DNA from: Candidatus Bathyarchaeum sp.
Lineage (GTDB): Archaea > Thermoproteota > Bathyarchaeia > Bathyarchaeales > Bathyarchaeaceae
Direction: 5' to 3'
DNA: 64,000 nucleotides
Assembly: GCA_026014495.1 (NCBI GenBank)
Contig: JAOZIF010000157.1
Location: 2,363 to 66,362, forward strand
Shown piece by piece: positions 8,676 through 18,549 of the stretch. The number at the start of each line of letters is the position of its first letter. Position 1 is the stretch's first letter. The notes beneath the pieces were generated by a model. That model ran no database searches and had not been told where the DNA came from. It saw only the letters and a program-made list of their open reading frames with translations. The position numbers and the translations under genes were made by a program.

Positions 8676-9106
8676 GTGACATAGTAGTTAATATTGAGGT
8701 ACAGGTCAATCCAACCGAAGACCTCCAGAAAGTTAAACATGCAGTAGAAAACATCTTTGGAGCCCTAACATTTAATGTCAAACCCAAAACATGGGGACAG
8801 TTACTCACAGCCAAAACCACCGGAACCCAGGGACTCACCAAACTATCTAATCTGCTTAACAGAGAACGAATTCTTGCAGCTGCACGAAAAGTCTTACGCA
8901 ACGCAATGAACGAAGACTCAATAACATTCTACCTAAACAAGCAGGTGGCCTATGCAGGGCACATATCCTTTTCTCAACAAACAGCAGAATCGCCTCTAGG
9001 ACCAATCAAAGTCCAAATTCGTTGCGATAACCCACGAAAACTGGTCGACTGGCTGGCGCCAAGACCGCCACCAAAAACAAGAAAAAATGCTTCACGCTCA
9101 AAATAA
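8672..9106 (+). CDS. Small conserved archaeal protein, UPF0201/DUF54-like (putative RNA-binding)
   Basis: The ATGA overlap with the kinase gene matches the kinase/UPF0201 pairing I recall from other archaea. N-terminal VNIEVQVNPTEDLQKVKHAVENIF is recalled as typical of the family. Not verifiable here. Confidence 0.4.
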   Translation: MSDIVVNIEVQVNPTEDLQKVKHAVENIFGALTFNVKPKTWGQLLTAKTTGTQGLTKLSNLLNRERILAAARKVLRNAMNEDSITFYLNKQVAYAGHISFSQQTAESPLGPIKVQIRCDNPRKLVDWLAPRPPPKTRKNASRSK

Positions 9107-9120
9107 AAATGTGATGCTGG

Positions 9121-9903
9121 ATGGCTAAACCACAAATCGGCTATTCAATGCTTTACTGCCTAGACGAGCCATTCAAGTCTCTTTTGAAGCGACTACGCAA
9201 AGTTGACGTAAAACACGTAGAATTAGCAGACGAAGGATTACACACACTAAACAAAAGAAGAGCAAAAAAACTAAACGAAATAGCACAAAGCTGCAACCTA
9301 GACTTTGTTGTTCATGCTCCATGGGCAGGCGTAAACATAGCCACTCCCAGCCCAGCTTTGCGCCGCGCAGTCCTAAAAAGACTAGAGCAGTCGATTATTA
9401 TTGCTGGCCAGTTAAACTGCCGCCTGTGGCTATTTCATCCGGGCTCCAGAACTGGTCTCAGCCAATTTTATCCCGGAAAGGATTGGCAACTCAATCTGGA
9501 GTCTGTCCACACCTTACTGAAGCTCGCCCGAAGAGAAGGCGTGCCTATTGCCATCGAGAACACTCCTGAGCCCTTTCCTTCACTAATGAAAAGCGTAGGC
9601 GACTTTCACAACTTCTACAAAGACTTGAACGAGGACATAGGTATGGTGCTGGATGTGGCACATGCTAACTTGAACAATCAAATCCAAGACTTCCTCAAAC
9701 AGTTTTCTGAAAAGATTGTTCACATGCACGTAAGCGATAACAATGGACAGTCAGACCTGCATCTGGGAATAGGATATGGGAACATCGACTGGGAAAATGT
9801 TGCCAAAGCGGTCAACAAAGCCGATTATGGTAAACTTATAATGATAGAATCAACCGACCACGTACAAGAAAGCTTACAGTTTCTCCGAGAACTTTTCGTT
9901 TAA
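9121..9903 (+). CDS. Xylose isomerase-like TIM-barrel protein (sugar phosphate isomerase/epimerase or AP endonuclease 2 fold)
   Basis: Pattern HAPWAGVNI...LWLFHPG...IAIEN...DVAHAN...HMHVSDN, typical of metal-binding residues on successive barrel strands. Confidence 0.65.
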   Translation: MAKPQIGYSMLYCLDEPFKSLLKRLRKVDVKHVELADEGLHTLNKRRAKKLNEIAQSCNLDFVVHAPWAGVNIATPSPALRRAVLKRLEQSIIIAGQLNCRLWLFHPGSRTGLSQFYPGKDWQLNLESVHTLLKLARREGVPIAIENTPEPFPSLMKSVGDFHNFYKDLNEDIGMVLDVAHANLNNQIQDFLKQFSEKIVHMHVSDNNGQSDLHLGIGYGNIDWENVAKAVNKADYGKLIMIESTDHVQESLQFLRELFV

Positions 9904-10841
9904 CCTTTTGAAAGCGGCAACTCTAACTGCATAAAGTCTTCCGCCAACTCTGTGTTACTGAAAATCTTTTTTGCCTGCTGCAGTAGCAGGTTCGCGTCAT
10001 TGTATCTGGCGCTGATGTGCGTCAAAACCAGTTTCTTTACTGCTGCCTGTTTAGCTGTTTGTGCTGCAATGCTAGGCGTTGAGTGCCCATCTTCTATTGC
10101 CCTTTCCTTCATTGCATCCTCAAATGTGGCTTCATGAATAAGCAGGTCAGCATTCTCAGCCAACTTGACAAGATTTTCTGAAGGTCCAGTGTCTCCAGTG
10201 TAAACAATTTTTCTTCCATGGCGGGATTCACCCAAAACCATCTCTGGCTCCACGGTTGTGCCGTCTGCAAGCTTGATTGCTTTTCCCGATTGGAGCTTTG
10301 ACCATAACGGTCCTTCAGGGACTCGTAATTTTTTGGCTTTTTCTTTGTGGAATCTTCCGGGTCGAGGTTTCTCTGTTAATGCGTAGGATAAACTGGGGTC
10401 CATGTGACCTGATTGGACAGCAGTTACTTGATACTCTTTTTCGTCACAAACCAGACCAGCATCTACTTCAAAGACTTGGAGCGAAAATGTCAAAGTGAAA
10501 CGTACAGTCTTGTTTATTGCCTCTACAAAATCTTTGATTCCCTTTGGTCCATAAATTTCCAGCTCGTTTGTTCTACCCAACAAAGACATGGTCTGAAGAA
10601 GACCAGGTAAACCCAACACGTGGTCGCCGTGCATGTGGGTGACAAACACTTTTGCTTTTCGATGAAAGCCTACCCTTGACTGTATCATCTGGCGTTGGGT
10701 ACCCTCGCCGCAGTCAAAAAGCAACAACTCATTTTTTCTTCGAACAGCAACTGCTGACAGACCCCTGTTTGCTGTTGGAATGCTGCCGCCTGTTCCAAGA
10801 AATGTTATCTGCAAGTCTGTCAGCTTGTTTCTCCCTTCCAA
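9900..10841 (-). CDS. rnz: Ribonuclease Z (tRNA 3' endonuclease)
   Basis: ITFLGTGGSIPT N-terminus and metallo-beta-lactamase HMHGDHVLGLPGLL motif. 313 aa. Confidence 0.85.
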   Translation of the reverse strand: MEGRNKLTDLQITFLGTGGSIPTANRGLSAVAVRRKNELLLFDCGEGTQRQMIQSRVGFHRKAKVFVTHMHGDHVLGLPGLLQTMSLLGRTNELEIYGPKGIKDFVEAINKTVRFTLTFSLQVFEVDAGLVCDEKEYQVTAVQSGHMDPSLSYALTEKPRPGRFHKEKAKKLRVPEGPLWSKLQSGKAIKLADGTTVEPEMVLGESRHGRKIVYTGDTGPSENLVKLAENADLLIHEATFEDAMKERAIEDGHSTPSIAAQTAKQAAVKKLVLTHISARYNDANLLLQQAKKIFSNTELAEDFMQLELPLSKG

Positions 10842-10884
10842 ATAGTGTATTGTTATGTTTGGTTTATTTGGTTACGCCTTCAAT

Positions 10885-11919
10885 TTAGGTTCTTTCAAAG
10901 ACAACTATTTCTCTTGTTAAGCTTCTGTGCACATAAACAAAATGTGACTCTAAGTGCTTAAAGCCAGCATCTTGTGCAGTTTCAGCTATCTTTATTGTTT
11001 TAGGTGATGCCATGCAAATCTTGGCACCTCTAGGAACAACATCCCCGACTGCTGAAAGAAAATCTTCAACAATCAACCTAGTTTTTGTTCCTAGTGTGCT
11101 TGCTGACCTTCCATACGGCGGGTCTGTTGCAATACAGTCCACTTTACTTATTGGAGGATAACGGGCATCAGCTATCGCCAAGCCTTCCAACTTTGTCCCG
11201 TAATGCTTAATGTTTTTTAGTCCTCCACGTAGAATGTGCGGTTTCGCGTCAAAACCAACAACTCGGCACCCTATCAACCCAGCCTCAACAAGCATTCCTC
11301 CCGTTCCACAGAATGGGTCCAACAGCAGGTCGCCCCGTTTCGGCTGAGCTAAGTTCACCATTACTCTGGCTAGTTTCGCCTGCATGGCTGTGGGATGAAA
11401 GAATGGTCTGCGTCGTGGTCTTCTTTCAGAGAAGGGCTTAGGTATTATTTCGGCTGTTTTTAATCCAAAGATAAAGCGGTTATCTGTAAGGACACCAAAG
11501 AATGTTTTCTGCGGATTCGACAAGTCAACTTTTGATGTCTTAACGGTTTCTAGTATTTCTCCCCCAATTTTGCCTTCAAGTTTAACTCGATCAATCTCAG
11601 GAGTAATCCCTTCAACTCTTCTTACCCTGACAGCAAAAGTTTCATCACCAATATACTGATCCATGTTGTCCGAGTTTATGTTAGCCAAGATTTCGGGGAG
11701 ACTGTCTTTGCAGTTGAATATCTCTTTGCAGCAAACACGTGTCAAAGCTGACCTAGCTTTAATTGCCTCTACGCAGTTTGGGTCTGCTTCAAGCCGAAGA
11801 ACCTGCGTCAGACTGTCCACGATTCGGTAATCAAAAGCCTCTGCCTTTAAGATAGCTTCCACTTCTGAGACTGGAAGAGTTTCGTGCTCACCTGAAATCA
11901 AAAAGAAAAGTTTTCCCAC
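10885..11919 (-). CDS. trm11: tRNA (guanine10-N2)-methyltransferase, THUMP + SAM-MTase (Trm11/TrmG10)
   Basis: DPFCGTGGMLVEAG SAM motif and DPPYG catalytic motif, with a THUMP-like N-terminal half. Confidence 0.8.
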   Translation of the reverse strand: MGKLFFLISGEHETLPVSEVEAILKAEAFDYRIVDSLTQVLRLEADPNCVEAIKARSALTRVCCKEIFNCKDSLPEILANINSDNMDQYIGDETFAVRVRRVEGITPEIDRVKLEGKIGGEILETVKTSKVDLSNPQKTFFGVLTDNRFIFGLKTAEIIPKPFSERRPRRRPFFHPTAMQAKLARVMVNLAQPKRGDLLLDPFCGTGGMLVEAGLIGCRVVGFDAKPHILRGGLKNIKHYGTKLEGLAIADARYPPISKVDCIATDPPYGRSASTLGTKTRLIVEDFLSAVGDVVPRGAKICMASPKTIKIAETAQDAGFKHLESHFVYVHRSLTREIVVFERT

Positions 11920-11930
11920 GTAATTGGCAC

Positions 11931-12803
11931 CTATCTGGCTAACGCCTCCGCAATCAATGGTGCAAGCGATACAGTTCTAACCGATGTGGACAGGCTGTCT
12001 GTGCCAACAATCTCATCAGCGCCGCTTTCTAAAATCTTGGTTTTTGCCTCTCCTATAAGCAGCGGATGCACACAGGCAGCATAGACTCTTCGTGCGCCCT
12101 GAGTCTTGAGCATCTTAATTGCTCTAGCTATTGTTCCGCCCGTGCTGATTATGTCATCAAAAACAACTACATCTCTTCCATCTACATTTAGGCTCTTCTC
12201 CTCGACCTGAATCTCGCCAGTGTAACGGTCCCGCTCCTTTCGTAGCCAGCCACATCCTCCCCCAAGCACCCTGTTTGCCTCCTCAGCCAACCCGACTGCG
12301 CCCTTGTCTGGAGACAATGAGAACGCTCCATCTAATCCTTGAGCCTTGAAATGCTCTGCCAGAAGTGTTATAGCCGAAAGATTAGCTGTTGGAACCTTGA
12401 AGTTCTTTAGTGTGTTTTTGGCGTGAATGTTTACTGTTACGAAACTGTCAACTCCGCACGCTTCGATTAGTTTAACAAGAGTCTGGGCGCTGATTACTTC
12501 TCCTGCCAAAAACCGTTTGTCCTGCCTCGCAAAAGCAAGGTAAGGAACAACAGCAGTTACCTTTTTTGCACCCAAATCTTTGGCTGCATCTAGCATCAAC
12601 AACAGCTGCATAACGTTTGTGTCCTGTGGCGGTCCAGTGGTTTGAACAACAACAACTTCCTCGCCAGATACATCGCCCTCAAAACGAAGACAATACTCAC
12701 CATCAGGAAACGCTTTAAAGTTAACATCAACAGTTTTGGCATTCAAGATTTCAGCTATATTTGCACCTAAACTCTTGGATGCTGGACCAGAAACAACTAT
12801 CAT
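11931..12803 (-). CDS. prs: Ribose-phosphate pyrophosphokinase
   Basis: PRPP-binding loop VVVFDDIISTGGT. 290 aa. ATGA overlap with the upstream hmgA. Confidence 0.9.
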   Translation of the reverse strand: MIVVSGPASKSLGANIAEILNAKTVDVNFKAFPDGEYCLRFEGDVSGEEVVVVQTTGPPQDTNVMQLLLMLDAAKDLGAKKVTAVVPYLAFARQDKRFLAGEVISAQTLVKLIEACGVDSFVTVNIHAKNTLKNFKVPTANLSAITLLAEHFKAQGLDGAFSLSPDKGAVGLAEEANRVLGGGCGWLRKERDRYTGEIQVEEKSLNVDGRDVVVFDDIISTGGTIARAIKMLKTQGARRVYAACVHPLLIGEAKTKILESGADEIVGTDSLSTSVRTVSLAPLIAEALAR

Positions 12804-14077
12804 AGCTTTCCCTTCTTTTTGTATTCTTCCAGCATTTCCTTTGCTCTGTCCATTCGAACCCTGCGCTCCGTAACCATCCGCTCAACAATCTTGTCAATAA
12901 GTTGTCCTGAAGCTCCAGCAGTAATCGCCACGTTTCGGGCATGAAGCGACATGTGCCCTCTTTGGATGCCTTCATGAGCCAACGCACGCAATGCACCAAG
13001 GTTTTGAGCCAAACCAACAGCAGTCATAACCTCTCCAAGCTCATTTGCTGACTTTACTCCCAAAATCTTCACTGCAACTTTTGCGGTTGGGTGAACCTTT
13101 GTTGCTCCACCAATAAGACCCACCGCCATCGGCAACTCAATTGAGCCCACTAGGTCGCCGTCGCTGTTCTTTTCCCAGTGCGACAATGTGCCGTAGTGCC
13201 CGTTTTTTACTGCGTAGGCGTGGGCTCCTGCTTCTATGGCGCGGTGGTCGTTTCCTGTGGCTAATACAACGCCGATTATGCCATTTAGTATCCCTTTGTT
13301 GTGTGTTGCTGCTCTGTAGGGGTCTGCGGCAGCAAAATTGTAAGCTTCAACTATGCCGTTGACAACTTCTTCGCCGCCCAATGATTCTTTTGGTATAACC
13401 GCATATGCTCTTGCCAGCCGCTTTACAGCAAGATTAGAAATAATTCTAAGATATACTCTGCCGCCCGTTATTCTCTCTATCATGGGGGCTATTGCCTCTG
13501 CCATGGTGTTTACTGCGTTGGCGCCCATTGCGTCCCTGCAGTCAACGTGAAGCTCTGTTATGACCATTGGACCCGTTTTTGCATCTAAGACCTTAACTTC
13601 TAGGTCTTTGGCGCCTCCTCCAACAGAAACCAGCATCGGGTCCTGTTCGTTTGCTTTTTGTAAAATCTCTTTTTTTGCTGCCAGTATCTTCATTTTAGCA
13701 GCAAACGGGTCTTTGATGTCAACGGCTTGAATTTGCCCAATCATAACTGGATCTGTGCTACTCGTGAAAAATCCGCCCTTTTCGCGTGCCATCTTTGCGG
13801 CGTAGGTTGCTGCGGCAATAACTGATGGCTCTTCGATTGCCATGGGTATCATGTAATCTTTGTTGTTGACTAGAAAATTCATGGCTATCCCGAGAGGTAA
13901 TGGAAATGATCCCACAACGTTTTCGATCATGCGGTCAGCTAGCTCCATTTCGAGGGCGCCTGTTGACTTTAGAATCTTTACTTCTTGCTCTGTCAAGTCT
14001 GCAAAATCTTTAACGTGCATTAGCCTCTCTTGTGGTGTTAGCTTGTAGAATCCTGAAATTTGAGACGTCTTTTTCAT
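12800..14077 (-). CDS. hmgA: HMG-CoA reductase, class II-like
   Basis: ENVVGSFPLPLGIAMNFLVN, EEPSVIAAATYAAK and DAMGANAVNT motifs. The listed ORF starts at 14122, but MKKTSQ (14077) is the more plausible start. Confidence 0.85.
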   Translation of the reverse strand: MKKTSQISGFYKLTPQERLMHVKDFADLTEQEVKILKSTGALEMELADRMIENVVGSFPLPLGIAMNFLVNNKDYMIPMAIEEPSVIAAATYAAKMAREKGGFFTSSTDPVMIGQIQAVDIKDPFAAKMKILAAKKEILQKANEQDPMLVSVGGGAKDLEVKVLDAKTGPMVITELHVDCRDAMGANAVNTMAEAIAPMIERITGGRVYLRIISNLAVKRLARAYAVIPKESLGGEEVVNGIVEAYNFAAADPYRAATHNKGILNGIIGVVLATGNDHRAIEAGAHAYAVKNGHYGTLSHWEKNSDGDLVGSIELPMAVGLIGGATKVHPTAKVAVKILGVKSANELGEVMTAVGLAQNLGALRALAHEGIQRGHMSLHARNVAITAGASGQLIDKIVERMVTERRVRMDRAKEMLEEYKKKGKL

Positions 14078-14156
14078 TTTGATGCCTCTGTGACAACGCT
14101 GTTTACTTGAGCGAAATGGCATATGAATTTATCTGAGCACCAGTTTTTGTGGCTCT

Positions 14157-15065
14157 TTAGATTCTTTCAATGCATGAAATGTAATAGACAATGTCTTTTG
14201 TGTATTCTTGCCAGTTTTCAGCTATTTTTCTAACTTCAGCCTCTGAGAGTATTCCCTCATCGGCGTAGAATCTTGAGAAAGTTCTACGGACACCCAAATC
14301 GCCTGCGGGAATGGCCGCGTTTCTTTTTAGTCCAGCAGACAGCACCATCTCGGCTGTCCATGTTCCTACTCCACGAAACTTTGTTAACGTCTCTGCAGCC
14401 TGTTCGTTTGAAAGTAAACGCAAAGCCTCTGGGTCAAATTCGCCGTTTACTGTTTTTGTTGCTATTGTTTTGATGCATTCTGCTTTTTTCCAGCTTACTC
14501 CGCACTCTCGTATATCTTCAAGTTTTGCATCAGCAATCTTTTTTGGGGTTGGAAAATCGTAGTATGTTTTTGTTTCTGCTTTTGTTTGTTCGCCGAATTT
14601 TGTTACCATCTTGTTTGTTATCGAAAATGCTACGCGTATTGAGATTTGTTGCTGAATTATAGATTTGATTATGTGCTCAAAAACTGTTGTTCCGATGCTT
14701 GCTGCTTTTAGTCCATAAAATCTTTGTTTGAGTTCTGTTAACACGGGGTCTTTGTCCATAAATACGTAAAGCTTGGTCAGGTCTTGACTAAAAGAAAATA
14801 TGTCGTCCAGAATCTTTGACAGTTCCTTTTTTTCTTGTTCAGTGATTGGTTTGAAATGGTTTACCTCAATTCTTGGTTCATCAACAGAGCCTACAGAGCG
14901 TAATGCAACAGCACTCAGCTTCCCAGACTCTAACTGTACCGCCCTTCTCCAAACTCCATCTTCAAAGACTTCTGGCATATGCTTGTCGTAGCCGAAGACG
15001 CGACAGTTTAGCTCAAAATCGAACGGAGCCTTAGGATAAACATTAAACATTTTGGGTGTCAACAT
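14157..15065 (-). CDS. HhH-GPD DNA glycosylase (AlkA/Ogg-like)
   Basis: Helix-hairpin-helix FRGVGTWTAEMVL followed by the catalytic Asp region PAGDLGVRR. Confidence 0.7.
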   Translation of the reverse strand: MLTPKMFNVYPKAPFDFELNCRVFGYDKHMPEVFEDGVWRRAVQLESGKLSAVALRSVGSVDEPRIEVNHFKPITEQEKKELSKILDDIFSFSQDLTKLYVFMDKDPVLTELKQRFYGLKAASIGTTVFEHIIKSIIQQQISIRVAFSITNKMVTKFGEQTKAETKTYYDFPTPKKIADAKLEDIRECGVSWKKAECIKTIATKTVNGEFDPEALRLLSNEQAAETLTKFRGVGTWTAEMVLSAGLKRNAAIPAGDLGVRRTFSRFYADEGILSEAEVRKIAENWQEYTKDIVYYISCIERI

Positions 15066-15140
15066 GTTCCCCTCTATTTTTTGACTCAGCAGACTCTTAC
15101 TTTCCCTAATAAAATTAACAAAAATGGGATTTAACTGGAG

Positions 15141-15404
15141 TCATTCGCTCCACGCTTGGTTAGAGAATTCGATTGCACGCAATACTTTTTGTTTAAAGTC
15201 GCTGTCTTCACACTCAAACGTGTACATTACAAAGCCGTCAAAGGCGAAAAAGTGCATTCGACCCCTTTGGTAGATTATTGCTGGTTTTGCTATTTCTACA
15301 AGTTCCAAAAACTCTTTTCGTTTGAATTTAACTCGATACGAACTAGTATGTTGCGCTGCTATAGCCGCTGCTGAAGCAGCTGCTGTTCCTCCTGCATATG
15401 CCAT
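15141..15404 (-). CDS. Hypothetical protein, 87 aa
   Basis: ORF only. Ala-rich N-terminus. No recognisable motif. Confidence 0.35.
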   Translation of the reverse strand: MAYAGGTAAASAAAIAAQHTSSYRVKFKRKEFLELVEIAKPAIIYQRGRMHFFAFDGFVMYTFECEDSDFKQKVLRAIEFSNQAWSE

Positions 15405-15535
15405 CTTCTTATCAACCTCAACAGATTATTTACTTTTCACGCTATAGTTTTTTCCATCAGTCAGTTCAAAGCACCAAAAACTTGATGCGACTGCTATAAA
15501 TTGGAGCTTTACCACATTTTTATGGTCAAAACTCA

Positions 15536-16627
15536 ATGTTGCCTATCTGGAGACCAGACGCAAAATTTGTTCTCAAAGACAAAAAGGTTCGCGCCAGCCT
15601 AGCAAGATACTTTGCTGTCATGGAAGACGATAAACCTGCCAAGTTTCTTATTGCCAAAAAACTACCTGTTATCTTTAGCAAGAACGATTCTCTCTCAAAA
15701 CTTTGGATGCTCAATGAGCAGTTCACCAAAGACTTTTACATTCTCCAAAACGAGATAGACACTAAACAAAAACGCTTAGAAGACTTAGAAACTCCAGAGC
15801 AATCATTTCTTGACTTGAAACTTGAGATAGCAAATGGTATCCTCAAAAGTTGCCACTTATGTACTCACAGATGTGGCTCAGACCGAAAATCAGGAGAACT
15901 TGGTTACTGCAAATGTGGAACCCAAACAGCAGTTTCAACAATTTTTCCACACACTGGCGAAGAACCTGAGCTAGTTCCTTCGGGCACAATATTCACCTTA
16001 GGCTGCACCCTAAGCTGCTTACATTGCCAGAACTGGGCTATTTCACAGTGGTTCGAGCTTGGAAACATCTACTCACCGAGTCAGTTGGCGCAGGAAATAG
16101 AGCGCCTTCGCAGAAGCGGCTGCAGAAACATCAACCTTGTGGGCGGAGACCCCACTTCATGGCTCAGTCAGTGGCTTGAAACCTTCAAGGATGTTGGCGT
16201 GAATGTGCCCGTGGTTTGGAACTCTAACTCTTACTACAGCGAAGAGGCAGCAAAACTGCTTGCAGGATTTGTTGACGTGTATCTGCTTGACTTCAAGTAT
16301 GGACCAAAAAATTGTGCAACAAGACTTTCAGACGCTCCAGACTATTGGATGGCATGCACCCAAAATCACCTGTACGCCAAAAAATATGGAGAACTCATCA
16401 TCCGTGTCCTCGTCTTGCCAGAACATCTTGAATGTTGCACAAAACCTATCTTGAACTGGATATCAAAAAACCTCGGAGACTGGATTCGTGTAAACTTGAT
16501 GTTCCAGTATCACCCAGACTGGAGAAGCCAAGAAATACCTGAACTGGGACGGATGCTAACAGAAAGGGAACGGAACCGCGCCATAGAACTGGCGAAAGAT
16601 GCAGGATTAACTAATTTTATAACCTAA
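15536..16627 (+). CDS. Radical SAM protein, PflX-like (pyruvate formate-lyase activase-related)
   Basis: CX3CX2C cluster in GCTLSCLHCQNW, preceded by the Cys-rich CHLCTHRCGSDR..GYCKC. Confidence 0.75.
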   Translation: MLPIWRPDAKFVLKDKKVRASLARYFAVMEDDKPAKFLIAKKLPVIFSKNDSLSKLWMLNEQFTKDFYILQNEIDTKQKRLEDLETPEQSFLDLKLEIANGILKSCHLCTHRCGSDRKSGELGYCKCGTQTAVSTIFPHTGEEPELVPSGTIFTLGCTLSCLHCQNWAISQWFELGNIYSPSQLAQEIERLRRSGCRNINLVGGDPTSWLSQWLETFKDVGVNVPVVWNSNSYYSEEAAKLLAGFVDVYLLDFKYGPKNCATRLSDAPDYWMACTQNHLYAKKYGELIIRVLVLPEHLECCTKPILNWISKNLGDWIRVNLMFQYHPDWRSQEIPELGRMLTERERNRAIELAKDAGLTNFIT

Positions 16628-16697
16628 CCTGCATTGTTGCTTCTGTTTGTTTTGTCGTAGACGCAATATCATGTTATGGCGGTAACTTTGCGTTGTG

Positions 16698-17135
16698 TTA
16701 AACGTAAAAGAGTATGTATGTTGCTATTCCGAAAATCAAAGATATGGACCAAAGCAGAGTCGTGATGTCCATTAGCCTCTTTTTTTTGCTGCATGCTGCG
16801 ATGTTAGTTGGTCGCAGAGCCCAAGTTGCCACTAATACGATTCCTAGTATCATTGCGGTTGCTCCTGGAGCTGCATGAATCCAAGTTGTTTGGACCCCTA
16901 GGTCGGAAGTTGCTGTTGTAAAGTAGTCGTAACCGTCATTGAATGATGGTAGCATTACTGCAAAAAGCGAAAGTATGTGCAAAACAACTGCGATGCCCAT
17001 TAATTCACCGTGCCTCTTGAATTTTCGTTTGCTTTTGTAAACCAAGCCAATAACGATGACTATGACCATAATCACCTGTAGTATGAGATTGATGTCTGTT
17101 TGAAGGAGTGCACTATTTCCAAAAATTCCTGTCAA
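16698..17135 (-). CDS. Integral membrane protein, 4 predicted TM segments
   Basis: Hydrophobic stretches LILQVIMVIVIVIGLV, IAVVLHILSLFAVML, ATAMILGIVLVATWAL, LLWSISLIFGIATYILF. Confidence 0.5.
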   Translation of the reverse strand: MTGIFGNSALLQTDINLILQVIMVIVIVIGLVYKSKRKFKRHGELMGIAVVLHILSLFAVMLPSFNDGYDYFTTATSDLGVQTTWIHAAPGATAMILGIVLVATWALRPTNIAACSKKKRLMDITTLLWSISLIFGIATYILFYV

Positions 17136-17304
17136 TTTAAACCCCCAAAATTATGTACACTGTATACTATACATTAAATCGTTAAAACGTTTTTTCATTC
17201 GAAGCTGAACGTGTCTTAGCTTCTGTTTGACTTATCACTATGTTTTTCGAACATCTACACCTTTATATAGCAAAGTGGAAACAGAAAGAGAAAAGGCGAA
17301 TAAT

Positions 17305-17511
17305 ATGCGATATTGCCCTGAATGTGGTGGCGAACTACAATATGTATCTCGTACAAAGCGCTATGTTTGCAAGAGCTGTGGGCTTTCTCTTACTCCTCAG
17401 GAACTTTACGAACTGCGCGAAAAACAAAGACCAAGCTTTGAAACTGAAGCAGAACAGCACCAACAAGCACGAAAAGATTACCTGAAATGGTGGCTTGGCA
17501 AGAAAAAATAG
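17305..17511 (+). CDS. Small zinc-ribbon protein (68 aa)
   Basis: CPECG...CKSCG ribbon. TTTATATA at about 17264-17271 lies about 35-40 nt upstream of ATG 17305. The longer listed ORF (17227) would start upstream of that TATA box. Confidence 0.5.
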   Translation: MRYCPECGGELQYVSRTKRYVCKSCGLSLTPQELYELREKQRPSFETEAEQHQQARKDYLKWWLGKKK

Positions 17512-17645
17512 CACCTGCAACAATGTAACGTTTTGGAAGCTTAACTAGATAACATGCTTTTTAACAAAACTTCCAAGATAACAAAGCAGTTATTACCCTT
17601 CATTTTTCATTACTATTAAAGGACTTCTTTAGATTAGGGGTTCCC

Positions 17646-18470
17646 ATGAACAAGTCTGTGGAAATATTATGCATCGGAAATGAACTTCTCATAGGCAAAA
17701 CCCTGAACACAAACGCCCAGTGGCTAGCTAAACAGGTTACATCTCTGGGATTAACCACTAACCGCATCACTGTTGTGGGCGACAACATAAACGAAATATC
17801 ATGCATCATCCAAGAAACAGTTCACCGCAGCCCACATTTTGTATTAATCACAGGTGGATTAGGTCCCACGTTTGATGACAAAACATTGGAAGGCATAGCT
17901 AAGGCTTTGGGGCGTAACGTCGAAGTTAACAAAGATGCTTTGGAGATGGTTAGAGAAAAATACGTTACCTACGCGGCGGAGGACAGAATGGAGGAAGCAG
18001 AGTTAACTCCAGCTCGTGTAAAGATGGCTAAGCTCCCAGAACAAGCCACGCCTTTACCTAACCCAGTTGGAACCGCCCCTGCAGTATCTATTCAACACAA
18101 AAATGTGAAGATATTTGCTCTGCCTGGAGTCCCCCCTGAAATGAAAAGCATATTCAACACTTCAATTGCTCCATTAATGAAACATGCTGCGAGCGGCGTG
18201 ACCTTTTTTGAAGCAAGCATAAACTCTACAAATGTCATGGAATCAAAAATGGCTCCTATTATCGACAAGGTTATGCAAAACAACCCTCACGTTTACATAA
18301 AGTCTCACCCAAAAGGAACTGAAAGGCTTCCCCACATCGAATTTCATTTTTCCACAACTGCCAACGACGAAATCACCGCAAGAAACCATGTCAACAAGGC
18401 ACTTAGTGAGCTTACAGAACTGATTCAACAAAATGGTGGAACAATTAAATCGCCCAAAACCAAAACTTGA
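17646..18470 (+). CDS. CinA-like molybdopterin-binding (MoCF_biosynth) domain protein
   Basis: N-terminal ILCIGNELLIGKTLNTNAQWLAKQ and ITGGLGPTFDD motifs typical of the CinA/MoaB fold. Confidence 0.7.
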   Translation: MNKSVEILCIGNELLIGKTLNTNAQWLAKQVTSLGLTTNRITVVGDNINEISCIIQETVHRSPHFVLITGGLGPTFDDKTLEGIAKALGRNVEVNKDALEMVREKYVTYAAEDRMEEAELTPARVKMAKLPEQATPLPNPVGTAPAVSIQHKNVKIFALPGVPPEMKSIFNTSIAPLMKHAASGVTFFEASINSTNVMESKMAPIIDKVMQNNPHVYIKSHPKGTERLPHIEFHFSTTANDEITARNHVNKALSELTELIQQNGGTIKSPKTKT

Positions 18471-18549
18471 GTATAGTGAAGAGGCGAACAACAGATATAT
18501 CATCTGATAGAAATATGAAGTTCACACGTTTCCTGTGCAAGGTGTTTGA

